From contig NC_087263.1 of assembly GCF_037042905.1 (NCBI RefSeq), positions 7,690,001 to 7,754,000 on the forward strand: a stretch of DNA of 64,000 nucleotides. The letters run 5' to 3'. Below the pieces are notes generated by a model. It made no database searches, had not been told where the DNA came from, and was given only the letters and a program-made list of their open reading frames with translations. Below, piece after piece: positions 25,215 to 38,472 of the stretch (the first letter of the stretch is position 1; each line of letters begins with the position of its first letter). The stretch comes from Lytechinus pictus (taxonomy: Eukaryota). Made by a program: the position numbers and the translations under genes.

Positions 25215-25965
25215 TGATCTACTGCTAGCTGCTGGGGCATTCAGCGCAGCCTGCCGTTAGCTTTTTTTCGCCGTTGCTTTGAAGTTTGAGTTTGAAAGAA
25301 TTTAATAATAATAGAGATAGATGTAGACCTATTCATGGCCCCTATTTTTCAATTGTATGATGGGGGACCTAAAGCTACGCACTTTTTTGTTAACATAAAA
25401 ATTATGTCAATTTGAATATTTGACCATATTTTTAGACTGGTAAATCTAGATTCTAAAGTCGTAAAGATCATTACCCAAGAACAAAATATCACAAAACTCA
25501 CTGAAATTAAAATCCTGTTCGTCTTTCCGAACACCTCTCAAAATCGCCGCCCGATTTGGAAGGGGTCCTTAAGCTACGCACTTGATATGTCATGCAAAAA
25601 TAGTGTTTTTCATGTGCCTCATTTTCTAAAATATGTTCCTATCATTATACGATATTTGTAGACTGCATCTTTCTTGCAATACATGTACATTCCTCTCCTT
25701 TTTTCCTGGATTCTTGAAATAAATGTATTTACATGTAGTACATGGACCATACACATGGTTTTGCCGTTGCTTCATTCTCTTATTGAATTAACACTCTTGC
25801 CTCTCTGGGAGAGATTTCATACTGGCCAATGGACTAACAAAATTTGTATTTATTCACAAGGTGTTGAAATTTTGCACTGTTTACATGTATATTAATTTGA
25901 AATTCTTAAGGCATACATGTATTGGATGCACTCAATTAATCATAATAATTAATTTTGATCCCTAG

Positions 25966-26073
25966 TACCTGCAGTCAGTTCTGGAAGAACCTGTATTGGA
26001 GGAATCAGTTCCAAGCAGCAGTTCAACTTCATCAAGTTTCAAGGCATCTTCTTCAGCGTCAAAATATCCCGAG
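25966..26073 (+). CDS. Kolobok transposase exon 2 (Ser/Glu-rich linker)
   Basis: cctAG|YLQSVLEEPVLEESVPSSSSTSSSFKASSSASKYPE|gtaaga; 108 nt, open, phase 0/0. An alternative in-frame cag acceptor lies 9 nt downstream. Confidence 0.7.
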
Positions 26074-26684
26074 GTAAGAAATCAAATTTCTATGCAACTC
26101 TTGGGATGGATGTTCTTTTCTTTGGGAACCTAATAGCAGTACATTGGAGACTGCAACTCAGTGGCCAGAATTCACCAAAGTGAATTTGAAAGCCGACATG
26201 AATTATACTCTTCAAATACCAGTATATAAAACATGTATGCTTTCATAATTTTGAACAGTGGATTAATTAATTTAAAAAAAAAACAGTGGACTCATGTACA
26301 TGTATTAGATAGCGTGCTCAACCAGGGCAACAGGCATCAATTAGTGCAATGTGACAAGAGTGCATATCAGCATTGGATATTTTTTAATATGTGGTACATG
26401 TAAAATAATTCATACTGGAAATCTCCATAAAACATGGGTTGAACAGATGGTTTTGAAAACCACTGTGGTGAATTTGGGTTATTGAGGCCAGGTGGGGGGG
26501 GGGGGGGGGGGGGTCAGTTGCATATTTTGCGAAAGATGCAAAGTAGATATTTACACAATTGAAGCAACCATAAAGCCTAGTGTATTGTTATTCGAACATT
26601 CCCCTGCATCTGTGTAATCTATGTCACCATGTTCATAAACATACTAGCATTTGTAAATTTGCTTGTTTGTTCTATTCAATTTAG

Positions 26685-26771
26685 TTGCTTGACACCAATC
26701 TTGCCTTTCATGAGGAACCTGATTCCATCTCAGATGTACATGATCCCACTGCTTCAGATGTACATCTACAA
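26685..26771 (+). CDS. Kolobok transposase exon 3 (acidic linker)
   Basis: tttAG|LLDTNLAFHEEPDSISDVHDPTASDVHLQ|gtaagt; 87 nt, phase 0/0. Confidence 0.65.
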
Positions 26772-27801
26772 GTAAGTAATATATATGTAACACCACATTT
26801 TAAAGCCCATCTAAAGCTTTTGTAAAGGGTCAGCAATGTGAATTATTCCTGAGTATCATCTAACATTCCCATATTTAGAAGAATATTGGTCATTGGGTGA
26901 TTTTTAGCCTCTTGAATTCCTGTGTTCTTTTTAAGGAATTCAAATTTGGCATCTTGGGCTCTCTCTCTGTTGTGTATTAGTTTATTTTTATTTAAATCAG
27001 CCATTTCAGCTCTTCTTAAATTTATGTAATTGAAAGTTACAGACAACTATCATATCCTAAGTTTCACCATTCTGTATTATTTTATGACCAAGGTTGAGTT
27101 CCCCTTTACATGTTTAAAGCTGCACACAACTTTGAGGCCAAGTATATGTATATGATAGAGTTATAGAGGTATAGAGATATGATATTACACATTATTCAAG
27201 TGTTCATGTACATGTATGTCACACCCAAAATTGCTCAAATTGAATGCAGATTCTGTCTCTCGCCAAATCATTACTTTTGCTTATTTTCTTCATGTTATGA
27301 TTTATGATCAGAAAATTATTATCAACAATTTCCATTCCAAAAAATATTTAAAAATGCAGAGAAATACATGTACACAAGAATTAAGAAAACAACGAATAAG
27401 AAAACACTTTGATTACATTTTTCTATAAAAAATATATCTATTTGATAATCCCAGAAAAAACAAAAGATAACACTTCATCATGAGCTTAATTCATTAATTT
27501 TACAGCAAAGTCTAATTTCATGTATAAATTTTTAGGATTACTAAGTATGAAGTAGGATTGGTGAAATCTAGCTATGCAGCCTGTCTATTACTTCATTTCT
27601 GATGTGATCTATGGCTGAGATCTTGGGTTGGGGATTGGCTGAGAAGATCCTTCATTTCCTTGGCAAAGGGGGGGGGGGTGTAAACAGCAAGTAGTACATG
27701 TACGTAGAGTAAGTTCTATAGTTGATTAGTTTTTGCTCCTCAACAGTCAACTTTACAGTATATTTCAAATTTTAACTAGGATGTCTTATAATTTTTTTCA
27801 G

Positions 27802-27870
27802 GCAGGAAGCCATGAAAAACGTTACAAGTCAAGGCGGCGGCGGAAACGAAAGAAGATTTCTTCAGATGAT
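27802..27870 (+). CDS. Kolobok transposase exon 4 (basic, NLS-like)
   Basis: ttttcAG|AGSHEKRYKSRRRRKRKKISSDD|gtaagt; 69 nt, phase 0/0. Confidence 0.75.
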
Positions 27871-28339
27871 GTAAGTGATATACTATACATATTATTTCAT
27901 GTAAAGAAAATCAAGTTTGTCAGAATTGCCATTCCTAGAGGAAAGATACATTTCATGCATACACTTGAAGTTGAGGTCAAAGTATCACATCTCTTCCACA
28001 TAAATGTTCAATTACAAGATTCATATCTTTTACTTGTATGGACAGATGAAAGGAAAGTAGGGATTTGACAACACTAGCTACATGTATTACATGCTCATGA
28101 AGGCATGCATATAACCTCATATTATGAAATATTGCTGGATTTTGAAATGTGACAAGTTTATGATTAATTTTTATAATAATTTGATGAAATTCTCAGTATT
28201 TTACTTGTAGTTTATCAAGATGTTAGTTTCAGCCTGGAGTCCACTTTGAATCTTCATTTAAAATTAAACATTGTTATTATCAGCTTTATGCATGTTTTCC
28301 ATTAAATAATTTTCATGTTTATTTTTTTATTTTTCTCAG

Positions 28340-30331
28340 GATAAAGGAGATCTGGTTAAAGTTCATGCAAGCTGCCAAACATTCCACTCAGGTGTAAAGA
28401 TGACACAAGACAACTTTACACAATGTCCAGAAGACTTCTCATATGTCACTGATGAGCACAAGTACTCGTGTGGAAGCACCCAACTCCTGAAACCAGTCAT
28501 CTCATTCTCAGCTGTATCACAGCCTTTTGCAGCTCAAGAGCATAGCCATCCGTCAACTCCAGAAGAAGAACCAGAATTTCAACATGTATCTGCACGTCTC
28601 CCTTTGACAAATCACTCCCCTACACCATCTGAACCCAGATCAGCAACGTCTCATCTGCAAGAAGTATCAGATCAAACAGAAGATACAACAGTCAGTCCAG
28701 CAACTCCAACAGAGCCAATGGATACAGCAGATTCACCAGCCAGTCCTGTCTCATCTGATTTTGAAAGTAAGAAGAACTCCAGTGATTCATCTTATGAACC
28801 ATCATCCGAAGAGAGTTCTTCATCTGACTCAGATGATGATGAGCCAGATGAGCTTAGGTTCTGCAAGGATAGGAAATTTGTTGTGTTTGAATCTCAGCTG
28901 AACACCCTTCTGTATAGTATGCATTGCAATGCTTGTGCTACTGGATACATTGCAGAGTTGAAGAAGCAATGTGTGGGGACAATGCTGAAGGTTGATGTTA
29001 TCTGTATCTGTGGTAATATTGTTACCAAGTGGGTGTCTCAACCCACTATCGGACGTCAACCTGTTGGAAATATCCTATTTTCAGCAGCTCTTCTCTTGAG
29101 TGGCAGCTCCTATGAAAAAGTGTCATTTTTCTGGGAGCTCTTTAATATCCAGTACATTTCACAAAAAACGCACAATGAAACCCAGAGCAACATACTACAG
29201 CCAGTCATCAATACGTATTATGAACAAGAGATAGAAGAACAACAGCAACATGCTAGAGGGGAGCCAGTGACGGTAATTGGTGATGGAAGGTGTGATTCAC
29301 CTGGCTATAGTGCCAAATTTTGTACATACACAATGATGAACATGAAAACCAACAAGATTCTGGGGATGGCCTTGGTTTCAGTGAAAGAAGCAACAAGCTC
29401 CGTTGGAATGGAGAAAATCGGATGCAGGAGAGTTATGGATAACTTACTAGAGAATGGGATTGATGTCGCGGTGTTTGCTACAGACAGGCATGTGGGCATT
29501 CGCAAAATGATGAAGGATGACTTTCCATGGATTGACCATCAATTCGATGTTTGGCATCTTGGGAAATCATTCCAGAAGAGGTTATTAGCCAAGGCAAAGC
29601 TGAAGAACTGTGAAGATCTTGGGCCTTGGATCAGAGCAACGTCAAACCATCTTTGGTGGTCAACACAAAACTGTGAGGAAGACCCAGTTATGTTGGTGGA
29701 GATGTTCCAGTCCATGACCCATCATGTGTGCGATGTACATTCTTGGATTTCAGGTGATAAGTTTCACAAGTGCGCTCATGAGGAACTGTCTGTCGAAGAT
29801 GAAGAAGAGACAAAGTGGTTGACACCTGGGTCAAAATCACATGAATCTCTCCAGTCAGTCCTTTTTGACAAAAGGCTAGTAAAAGACATAAAGCAGCTAT
29901 CAAAAGCTTGTCACACTGGGGAATTGGAAGTGTTCCATAACCTCTACCTGAAGTATTGCCCAAAGAGACAGCATTTCTTCTATCCCGCCATGCTAGCTCG
30001 CACCCAGTTGGCGGTACTAGACCACAACTTCAACACTGGTAGGAAACAAGCAACAATAAAAAAGCCAAGAAAAGGGTCCGGCCAGAAGGGTGCTCTCCGG
30101 TACAAGTATGCCTACTCCAAAGCAACCAAAACTTGGATTGTACGGAAGGTTCCAGAGGATAAGGAATACACCTACTTGTGGGACATCTTAGTGGGTTGTC
30201 TGCAGATGAAGAGTGGCAACTTCGAAGTTCAACCTGCTAACATACCACACCTTCCTCAAAACATAGCCCCTGTCCCAAGACCACCACAAGAAGATCTGCT
30301 CGCTCATTTTACCACTCGATTTGCCAAATAA
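28340..30331 (+). CDS. Kolobok transposase exon 5: DDE catalytic region
   Basis: ttctcAG acceptor 60 nt before, and in frame with, the 643-aa ORF; CxxC...CxCG zinc-ribbon-like motif, VIGDGRCDSPG (D1), FATDRH (D2), HQFDVWH, CHTGELEVFH (E), LAVLDHNFN; no stops. Confidence 0.92.
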   Translation, partial: DKGDLVKVHASCQTFHSGVKMTQDNFTQCPEDFSYVTDEHKYSCGSTQLLKPVISFSAVSQPFAAQEHSHPSTPEEEPEFQHVSARLPLTNHSPTPSEPRSATSHLQEVSDQTEDTTVSPATPTEPMDTADSPASPVSSDFESKKNSSDSSYEPSSEESSSSDSDDDEPDELRFCKDRKFVVFESQLNTLLYSMHCNACATGYIAELKKQCVGTMLKVDVICICGNIVTKWVSQPTIGRQPVGNILFSAALLLSGSSYEKVSFFWELFNIQYISQKTHNETQSNILQPVINTYYEQEIEEQQQHARGEPVTVIGDGRCDSPGYSAKFCTYTMMNMKTNKILGMALVSVKEATSSVGMEKIGCRRVMDNLLENGIDVAVFATDRHVGIRKMMKDDFPWIDHQFDVWHLGKSFQKRLLAKAKLKNCEDLGPWIRATSNHLWWSTQNCEEDPVMLVEMFQSMTHHVCDVHSWISGDKFHKCAHEELSVEDEEETKWLTPGSKSHESLQSVLFDKRLVKDIKQLSKACHTGELEVFHNLYLKYCPKRQHFFYPAMLARTQLAVLDHNFNTGRKQATIKKPRKGSGQKGALRYKYAYSKATKTWIVRKVPEDKEYTYLWDILVGCLQMKSGNFEVQPANIPHLPQNIAPVPRPPQEDLLAHFTTRFAK

Positions 30332-30639
30332 AAGAATGGATCAAAGTCTTCATGGATCATTACGGATGCTACATGTACAAGCGACAATATTAGGAGTGAA
30401 GATCTACATTTTCTGGCATGTTATTCAAGAGACATTTTGAACATGAAATTCATGAAATCTCAGTTGGTTGACAATTTCCGGAAGGGTAGGGGTGTTAAGC
30501 TGTAATGTTAAAGATTTCAGTAGAGTGAGAATGGCTATAAATTGTGTTTTTATTTCAAGTTATTAGTCATTTTGAAAAATTTTGCTTGTTTTTCTTTTTT
30601 TAACAGTTATATTTTGTTCAATGGTGGAAACCATCTATT

Positions 30640-31037
30640 TACCAGTGATAAAAAAACATCGACATTAGAATTGGTGGGCAAATTTTAAAACTATGGCATG
30701 ATTAGTTTGAGGTATGATGATAATTTGTGTCATGAGTTGCCAGTATGTCCATGTTACTTTGTTCGCAAAAGTGTACCATTGATTTTTTAATAAAATGACA
30801 GATATGTGAGGACCTGATGAAACAAATTTTCCATCTATTGACAGAATTTAAAATTACCAAAGTATAGAGAATTCACTCTGAAGAACCAGAATGTTTTTGA
30901 TGAGGTTTCCATGGCGGTATGGACAATCACAGAATTGGGTTACCAGTGATAAAAAAACATCATCGACCTTAGACATGGTGAGCAAATTTTAAAACTATGG
31001 CATTATTAGTTTGAGGTATGATGATAATTTGTGTCAT
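30640..31037. repeat. ~95-bp direct repeat downstream of the transposase stop (30640-30733, 30941-31037)
   Basis: taccagtgataaaaaaacatc..gac.ttaga..tggtg.gcaaattttaaaactatggcat.attagtttgaggtatgatgataatttgtgtcat occurs twice. Confidence 0.8.
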
Positions 31038-34000
31038 CATGTGGGTTAGCAACAGACTAAGAAAATAGAGGTACATGTAGAGGTGAAATGGAAAAGTGAG
31101 AAAGTGGAAGGTTGGAAGAATATCTTTCAGAAATTAGTGTACATGTAGTCTGTATAAAGGGACTTGAACTCAGACAAAGTTGAGAGCCTCTAGGAGCAGC
31201 AGAGATAACAAATTTCTGCATATATATTTGCATTTGACCCATTACATAACTCTCCAATCGAATACATGGAAATTATTAAAAGTTATTATGAGTTTGAAAG
31301 TCTGAAGCATGGCAACAGATGTTTTATTTCAGGATTTACATCTTGTGGTACAGACAATCAATGAAATTTTATGTTAAAATTTCCATGCCAAAATTTGCAA
31401 GAAGTAGAAACAGTTTCTAGTCGGTCTCAAACTGTTTTGTGTGATTTTTAATAGACAGTATATGGTTGACTACACTACCCATATTCTTTGAAAGTGTAAA
31501 CAGAAGAAATATTGTATATATGTAGTATTTTCATTTTTTTTTTCATTGATGTTTTTGAAGTATTTTTTCTGTTCAATGTATTACCCGTCAGTGTGATTGC
31601 AGGGCTGTAAACTTGTTAACATTTAGCATGAACCCTTGAACTATCTCTACATAAAGAAAGGAAATGGATATATGCAAAAAAAAGAAAAAGACCCGCCTGG
31701 GTAATCTGCACTTTCCCATTTGTAGCTGGTTGTGCATGAAGTTTTACACAAAGTATGTGTACATGTATTTGAGAATTGGCATTTTCAGTGAGAACTGAAA
31801 TGTAAGAGCATTGATAGAACTTGTGCATTTACAGTACGAGACTGCATCAAATTTCCCAGTTGGTGTGTTATACCTCAGTTTCATCAATGTTACATGTACG
31901 TCTCTGAGCTAAGAACTCTGATATAATAGTATTGCCCTGACATTAGCAGGACTGAGCGAAGGGATATATTTCGTTATACTTCAAATACAGTAAATTAATG
32001 ATACATGTACATGTACTAAATTTTATTAGTAATATCCATTCATAACATCTGGCTGAAAAACATTAGAGTGGAATGTAATTTGTAAAATTAAATGGTGACA
32101 AATTTTGAGATATTGGATTCAAGCTTAAGACATTTCATTTAGCACTTCATCCATGTGTTTGTTTTTCTTCAGAATTCTGTTGAAATATGTAAATTTCCCT
32201 ATTTTCTTCATCAAAAGTTCTAAGCTCACAATGTTATATAAATTCATTGTTGGCCTCAATTACATGAACATAATTCTTTGTCTCATTCATGTATGATTTT
32301 TAACACATTGTATATTGTGAGTGGGTTATTATTGTACTGTTAAAAGTTGTGAATGTTACTGGTACATGTAATTATATGCTATATTTATATGTAGACTTCC
32401 TATAATTCAAATCTTATGAAAATATACATGTTTGTTTAACGCTTTTTTTTTTTCGGGGGGGGGGGGGGAGTTCCAGGCAGGCCAAAATGATTTCCAGTAG
32501 ATGTACATGTGTATAACCAATGTATTGTCTCGTCAGCAGGGATATCTTGTTCTGTGGTTCACACAGTTAGGGACAGTGATTTTGCGTTTACTATACTGGT
32601 AAATCAAAACGGAAATAATCTGTTTTATTTCCATACTTTTCATGTGAACATCCAATGAATTTTAGTTTTGCAAAATGGAATGAACATTTTTGCTGTGTAC
32701 ATATTCTATGACAAAATGGAATTTCCATTTTCTACCAAGTTTGAAACGGAATTACATGTTTTCAGAAACGGAAAAGACCATTTTTTGAAACAGAAAATCA
32801 CTGTTTCCTACATGTGCACTGTACTTATTCTTTTCTCAATGGTTCAAACAAAAGCATGACCATGTGTGGATAGCATTTCATATTTACTTAAGCGCTTTGT
32901 TCTACTTCTTGTTTGTACAAACACTGGTTTAAGGAGTTACATAGTAAATGAGCTAATATTTACATGAATTGTGGTATGGATTTTGATTAATCATTGTTCA
33001 TGTCGTGTTTTTTTTAGAGTGTAGAGAAAAGTTATTATGTCATCCTTTACATGTATTTCACTATGATATGCCCTACATTAGTGGTTATTTAACAGAAATA
33101 AACTTATGTTGGATTAATAAATTTCATTTTTATTTTTCATTTTTTGGAGGGGTTGTTTTGTTTGAAAAGAAATGAGATACATGTACATGAGTGGGGAAGT
33201 ATGGTACATTTGTAAGTCTGTTACAGGAGAGATAAGGAGGAGGAAGTGTGAAAGAGAAAGGGAAAGGGTACTTTTGAGAGGACAAAAGACAAAAAAAGTA
33301 AGCACAAGAGAAGATGGTGGGAGTGTAGAAGGGGAACGTATGCAGAGATAGATGAACAAGAATAACAGAGCACATGTGTAAGAGCCAAATGGATGGGAAT
33401 CAGAGAGAGAGAGGAAGAGAACGGAGGGAAAAGAGTAAAGTGTGAAGAGTTTTGGTTGAAGCACTTATCTTTTGGACTTAAAACACCATTCATCTAGCTA
33501 CAATTACAGTGTTTGATTATTTTAGAAGCATATCAATGTCAAGTTTAAACTGAAGAAAATCAGACCGAGCATATAAGTATATTTTTTGTGTGTGACATCA
33601 CTCGTCATTCCTCCATTCTCCTATAATTACCTGGGCATGAAATACAAAATTTTAAGACAAGATTTTCTGTGAAAACAAAATTTTTATGGACTTTATATAG
33701 ATCTGACAGAATTGATAATCCAAAACTGCAGTTTTCAGTATTCATTGCTTTTCAGCAAACCTGCATTGGTATGTTTCTCAAATTTTGGACCCAACCCAAG
33801 ACGTTTCTTCAGTCTTCAAACATCAAATGATAAATTGAAACATCATTTTGCTCACATCCACTAGCGTACCTTGGGAGGGACAGTTTCCCCCTTATTACTG
33901 TTTGAAAATTGTAAGGGGAAGAACCTTTTCTTTTTGTTTCTCAGAAGATGTTTGCCCCTTTGGACAAAGTTTCTCAAGGTACGCCAATGCTCACATTGTT

Positions 34001-34426
34001 TCTTTTCCTGCCTTTCACTCTCCCTTCTTATCTTTATCTTCCTCAGTCTCTCTTGTTCATCTACAATGTACATCTACTTGTACATGCTAATCTTTCCTCC
34101 ATACATGTAATCTACACCATCCTCTCAGTTTAAATTACTCTCGACCTGCATGTATGTATTAATTTGATTAAAAAAAACAATAAAAAACATACAACTTAAA
34201 AAAATATGGTCTTGGGGGAAATTAAATATAATTCGCAACTCAAAGATTTTTATTATACACATGTAAAAAACACTTATGGCTTACAGAACAATAAAAAATG
34301 CAATTCCAACATTAAAATTATGCAAACGACACTGCCTCGAGTTTCATCACCTGTAATGCTGTGTAATTATGATCAATAAAGTATAAATATGAGCAAATTA
34401 TAAATATATGTTCAAAGTGCAATGTA

Positions 34427-34704
34427 AGGGGTACTCCGGGCTGGAGATAATATTATTGGAACAGATAAAGTAAAATCAAACAAATCACTAAAAATTTCAT
34501 CAAAATCTGACAAGGAATAAGAAAGTTACGTGTATGACACTTTAAAGCTTTACATTATTTCGGTGCAACAGTCAAATTTCAAAAAATATTGCTAAACTTT
34601 AAAATTCAATAACTTTGTTATTTGTCAATTGATTTTGATGAAATTTTCACCATTTTGCTTCGGTGAATTTTACTGTATTTTGAGCTCCAGCCTCGAGTAC
34701 TCCT
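34427..34704. mobile_element. Internally deleted Kolobok-type MITE nested in the large Kolobok
   Basis: AGGGGTACTCCGGGCTGGAG ... CTCCAGCCTCGAGTACTCCT|TTAA. Confidence 0.7.
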
Positions 34705-35236
34705 TTAAGCAAAAGATAGAGAAATAACATGTGAACGATGCATGGCAATACATGTATACAGGGCTGGCAGGTTAGCCAACATATCAACTTGGAATATTGC
34801 ATGCATAGTTTTATTTCTTTACTCCTTAGACCTGCTTACATGTACCTCCATAGAAATTCAAGGAACAGACATGGGGATCAAATCAGACCCCAACTAAGAT
34901 TGATGAAACTTTCTTGAAACAGGTTGTCCCGATGCACACGAAATGCTTTTCCAGAGAAAAATACTACACATAAAACCATTCAATGTTTATCCTGCCAATG
35001 TATATCAACTGAATATTCCTTCTGAATTATTACATTGTATATATGTACACCTAGCAACGTACATTACAAGTTTCCAAAAAGTAGGCCTAATTATATATAT
35101 TAAAAAACTCAAGGAATTACATGTACATGTATAGGGAAGTCAGAAAATCAATGAGAAATGTGAAACGTTCTTCATGAAATGAAAACATAATTTTTTTTTA
35201 AAATGTAACAAATGTGTTTTCAATCAGACCCATATA

Positions 35237-35633
35237 TGCTTTTCACACTACATTTTCTTAACCCCATATTACCTTTTTCGTTTCACACTGTCTTTCTTAA
35301 CCCCATACTATTTGCTCAGCCGGGTTGAGGATTTTTATCACGTTTCACACTGTACATGCCTTAACCCCTGACTAGCACAAAGCTTATCTCTGTGATTGGC
35401 TAATGCTTAGACGTGTTCGGTTTCACACTGCATTTCTTAGCACCGCAAAATAAGCCAGCTAACCCTGCTTTTTGGCAGGGCCAGATTATACCATACTATT
35501 TACCGTGCTAGCCCACTTTGGTATAACGCGATGTGAAATTGAAGTGGGCTACGCTGAACACTGGGAAATTGGTGGTGCTAAGGCCCCCCCCCTAGCCCCT
35601 CTAATTTCCTGGGGTTTTGTAGTGTGAAAAGCA
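35237..35633. mobile_element. Harbinger-like MITE nested in the large Kolobok
   Basis: TGCTTTTCACACTACA ... TGTAGTGTGAAAAGCA perfect TIR; internal TTTCACACTG and TTAACCCC subrepeats. Confidence 0.75.
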
Positions 35634-36247
35634 TAATATAGACACTGCCCCCTTGCATGGTTGTAATCTATACCTATCTGTTTTGGAGTTTCAATGTACT
35701 GTACCAGTAAAGGCTAAAATTTTGAATTATTTCACTAAGCATACGTACTACATACATGTACTTTCAAATTTAACGAGAAAAGTGAAAGAAAAGTCAATAT
35801 TGTTTTCTTTATTGGGGGGGGGGAGTTTTAAGCTCACCATTCACATATTCAGTAAAATTTATGTTGAGGTAGTACACATTCATCAAGAGATCATGAGGTT
35901 GACAAACATGTCACTCTTTGTTCATTACAATCAGTTGTGATATTCAAACTGGATTGAAAAAACATGGCTATCAAATGCTAAACAAATACATACACTATAA
36001 CATGGTAAATAAAGATTCAAATCTACATGTAGAATGGATGTAGCGACATGCAGTCTTGGAGGACTTAACCATAATTCAAATACCTACTGACATACATTTA
36101 GGCTAGTCTCAGAAGAAGGGCTTGGATGGGATATCAAGGAAAAATAAACAATGTACATGTATACAGTATGTGACAAGCAAAATTACATGCAAGACTTTTT
36201 AATTCTAAATAAGTTTTTTTGGTTCATACATGTAGACGCAATACTGT

Positions 36248-36446
36248 TTATAGTTCATATTCTTCTGGCACTACTTCAACCTCTCCTTCCTGTACATAGC
36301 GAAATTCAACATAACGTCCATCAGCTGCAGGGAAAGTGTCTCTAATCAGTTGGACAGAGCAAGCTGGAATCACTCTCCTCACATGTCGCCCTAGAACTCC
36401 ATGAATCCAGTAGGTGAACATTCTGTAGCTACAATACCTATACGAC
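36248..36446 (-). CDS. KolX / P2X7-ballast-like protein, exon 2 (absent from the ORF track)
   Basis: ctacAG|(E)SYRYCSYRMFTYWIHGVLGRHVRRVIPACSVQLIRDTFPAADGRYVEFRYVQEGEVEVVPEEYEL*; resembles the P2X7 C-terminus (LRHCAYR..ATW......ILPSCCRWRIRKEFP..GQYSGF). Confidence 0.9.
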
Positions 36447-36661
36447 CTGTAGATGGGGGGGGGGGGGGGGTAAAAGAAACGGACATTTCAATAAATAAGA
36501 AGTCAGCCTACATCTACATGTACAGCTTAATACTTGAAGCCAAAAGCAGAAGAATTTTTTATTTGCTGCAACCAAAGAAAAAAAATGCAACTACAATAAT
36601 AACATTATCATGTATGGGAATATCCTAGGTTGATAATGTACATGTACTGATTTATATTTAA

Positions 36662-37245
36662 AGGAGAATGAAACCCTTGAAACCAGCTGAATCCATATCA
36701 AAGAGAAAAATCAAAGAAACATATTGTTGAAAGTTTGAGGAAGATTGAATGAATAATAAGAAAGTTATGAGCATTTGAATATTGAGATCACTAGTGCCAT
36801 GTAGATCCTCCCATCGGCAATGCGACCAAGATCTGTGATATCACACACGTACAACTCCCTCCTTACTTTAGTACTTATTTCACTTATATTCTCACTTTTA
36901 CTAGAGTCTATCACAAGGTGAGGTGTTCTCTTTATGAGATGACGAGTACAGAGGTTTCACAACATTATATCATTGATGAATCGTTTGTCATATGATTAGA
37001 ATGAGCAAAAAGAGATGTTTTGGGGTATATTTTCAGTGTCCAAATGGGAGAGTTGTACGTGTGTGACATCACAGATCTTGGTCGCATTGCCAATGGGAGG
37101 ATCTCCATAGCATTAGTGATCTCGACATTCAAATGCTCATAACTCTTCTATTGCTAGTCCTATTTTACTCAAACTTTTGTTGATCTTATTCTTTGATTTT
37201 TCTGCTTTCACAAAAGCTAACTTGCTCCAAGAGTTTCATTCTCCT
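36662..37245. mobile_element. Kolobok-type MITE family B, copy 2, in the KolX intron
   Basis: TTAA|AGGAGAATGAAAC ... GTTTCATTCTCCT|TTAA. Confidence 0.9.
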
Positions 37246-37454
37246 TTAAAAATTACAATTGCATGCACCTCCTACAGTACATGTATTTTTGCGCTAACTG
37301 CAACACAAACACTGATTGATTCCACTTTTCAATATTTTATTTCCTTGCACTTTTCCTTTGGAAAAAAACAACAAATACACACACATTGTTTCTAACAATG
37401 CAGATAGCATTTCCAATTATTTCAAGATATGATAAAAGAACACAGTTAAATAAA

Positions 37455-37552
37455 TGCTTTGTTTGAGGGCATTAGTGTGGCCAGGGATCGAACTCCAGAC
37501 CTTCATGTGATAGTCCGGCACCTTAGATCACTCGGCCGGCCATGGCACCTCC
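37455..37552 (-). mobile_element. tRNA-derived SINE head fragment
   Basis: Minus strand reads GGAGGTGCCATGGCC..GAGTGATCTAAGG...GAGTTCGATCCC (A/B-box-like) followed by SINE body start. Confidence 0.55.
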
Positions 37553-37740
37553 ACATATAACTAAAACAATTTGAATCACTGAAGAAATCATTCGTTACAA
37601 ACATGTGAATTCAATGATTTGATCCACAATCAATTATAGATCTCTTAGAGTCTAGATCTACATTACCTCAAGTGATGTTCGTGCAGATTCCACTTCACTA
37701 CCGCTACACTACGCTCTACCTATCCGAACATCAAGACAGT

Positions 37741-38335
37741 GAACTCGTTCGGATACCCCGAGTGACAAAGGTTGGAAAAAATGCACATTTATTTAAAAAA
37801 AATATCCCCCAAAAAAAGACATCAACAATAAATAAAAGCTTAATTTCTTACTCTTCACCCTTATTTCACTCCGTGTCCATTCTCCAGTCTTCCTCAAAAT
37901 TTGTGATTTTGGCCAGTATCTAATTTTTCACACGTATTGTCACGGCCGATTTCAAATGTTGCAGCCTCGAACAGCATGAATAAATATTATATATTGGATG
38001 GCTCAGCTCAGAATGGAATACCAGAAATATTCCAAGAGTGGAATATCGCATGCGATCAATCAACCTACGACAGATTGATCGCATGCAGTGTTTTGAAATC
38101 GGCCGTGAATAATAGTATACGTGTGAGGAAATACATGTAGATACTTGCCCAAAAATAAAATCACAAATTTTGAGGATAACCGGAGGATGGACAAAGACAT
38201 GGAGTGAAATATGGGTGAAGAGTAAGAAATTAAGCTACATGTAATTTTCTTTCTCGTTATATTTTTATTCTATAATTTTTACAATAAATAACATTTCCAT
38301 CCCACCTTTCTCACTCGGGATATCTGATGGAGTTC
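37741..38335. mobile_element. ~600-bp palindromic (foldback) MITE in the KolX intron
   Basis: Arms gaactc..tcggataccccgagtgacaaagg / cctttctcactcgggatatctgatggagttc, and aatttcttactcttcaccc / gggtgaagagtaagaaatt. Confidence 0.7.
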
Positions 38336-38472
38336 GCCGTCCCGAAGTTCTAGCTCCTGGGCGCGGCGCTCCCTGACCCTGGGTTACCTACAGGCTACAA
38401 ACATAAGAATACGTCATCATGTTCAAATTAATGTTGAAAAAAAGATTGAGAGAATTTAACAGTTAGACCTAC

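Noticed and set aside
24139..30331. P-element/THAP9 or piggyBac assignment
   Set aside because: TSD is TTAA rather than 8 bp; ends are AGG..CCT rather than CC..GG; the GDGRCDSPG/TDRH/FDVWH motifs and convergent KolX gene fit Kolobok.
30332..36247. A third cargo gene in the Kolobok between the two stop codons
   Set aside because: Only short low-complexity ORFs, MITEs and AT-rich sequence; I could not build a consistent exon chain, though small exons cannot be excluded by eye.
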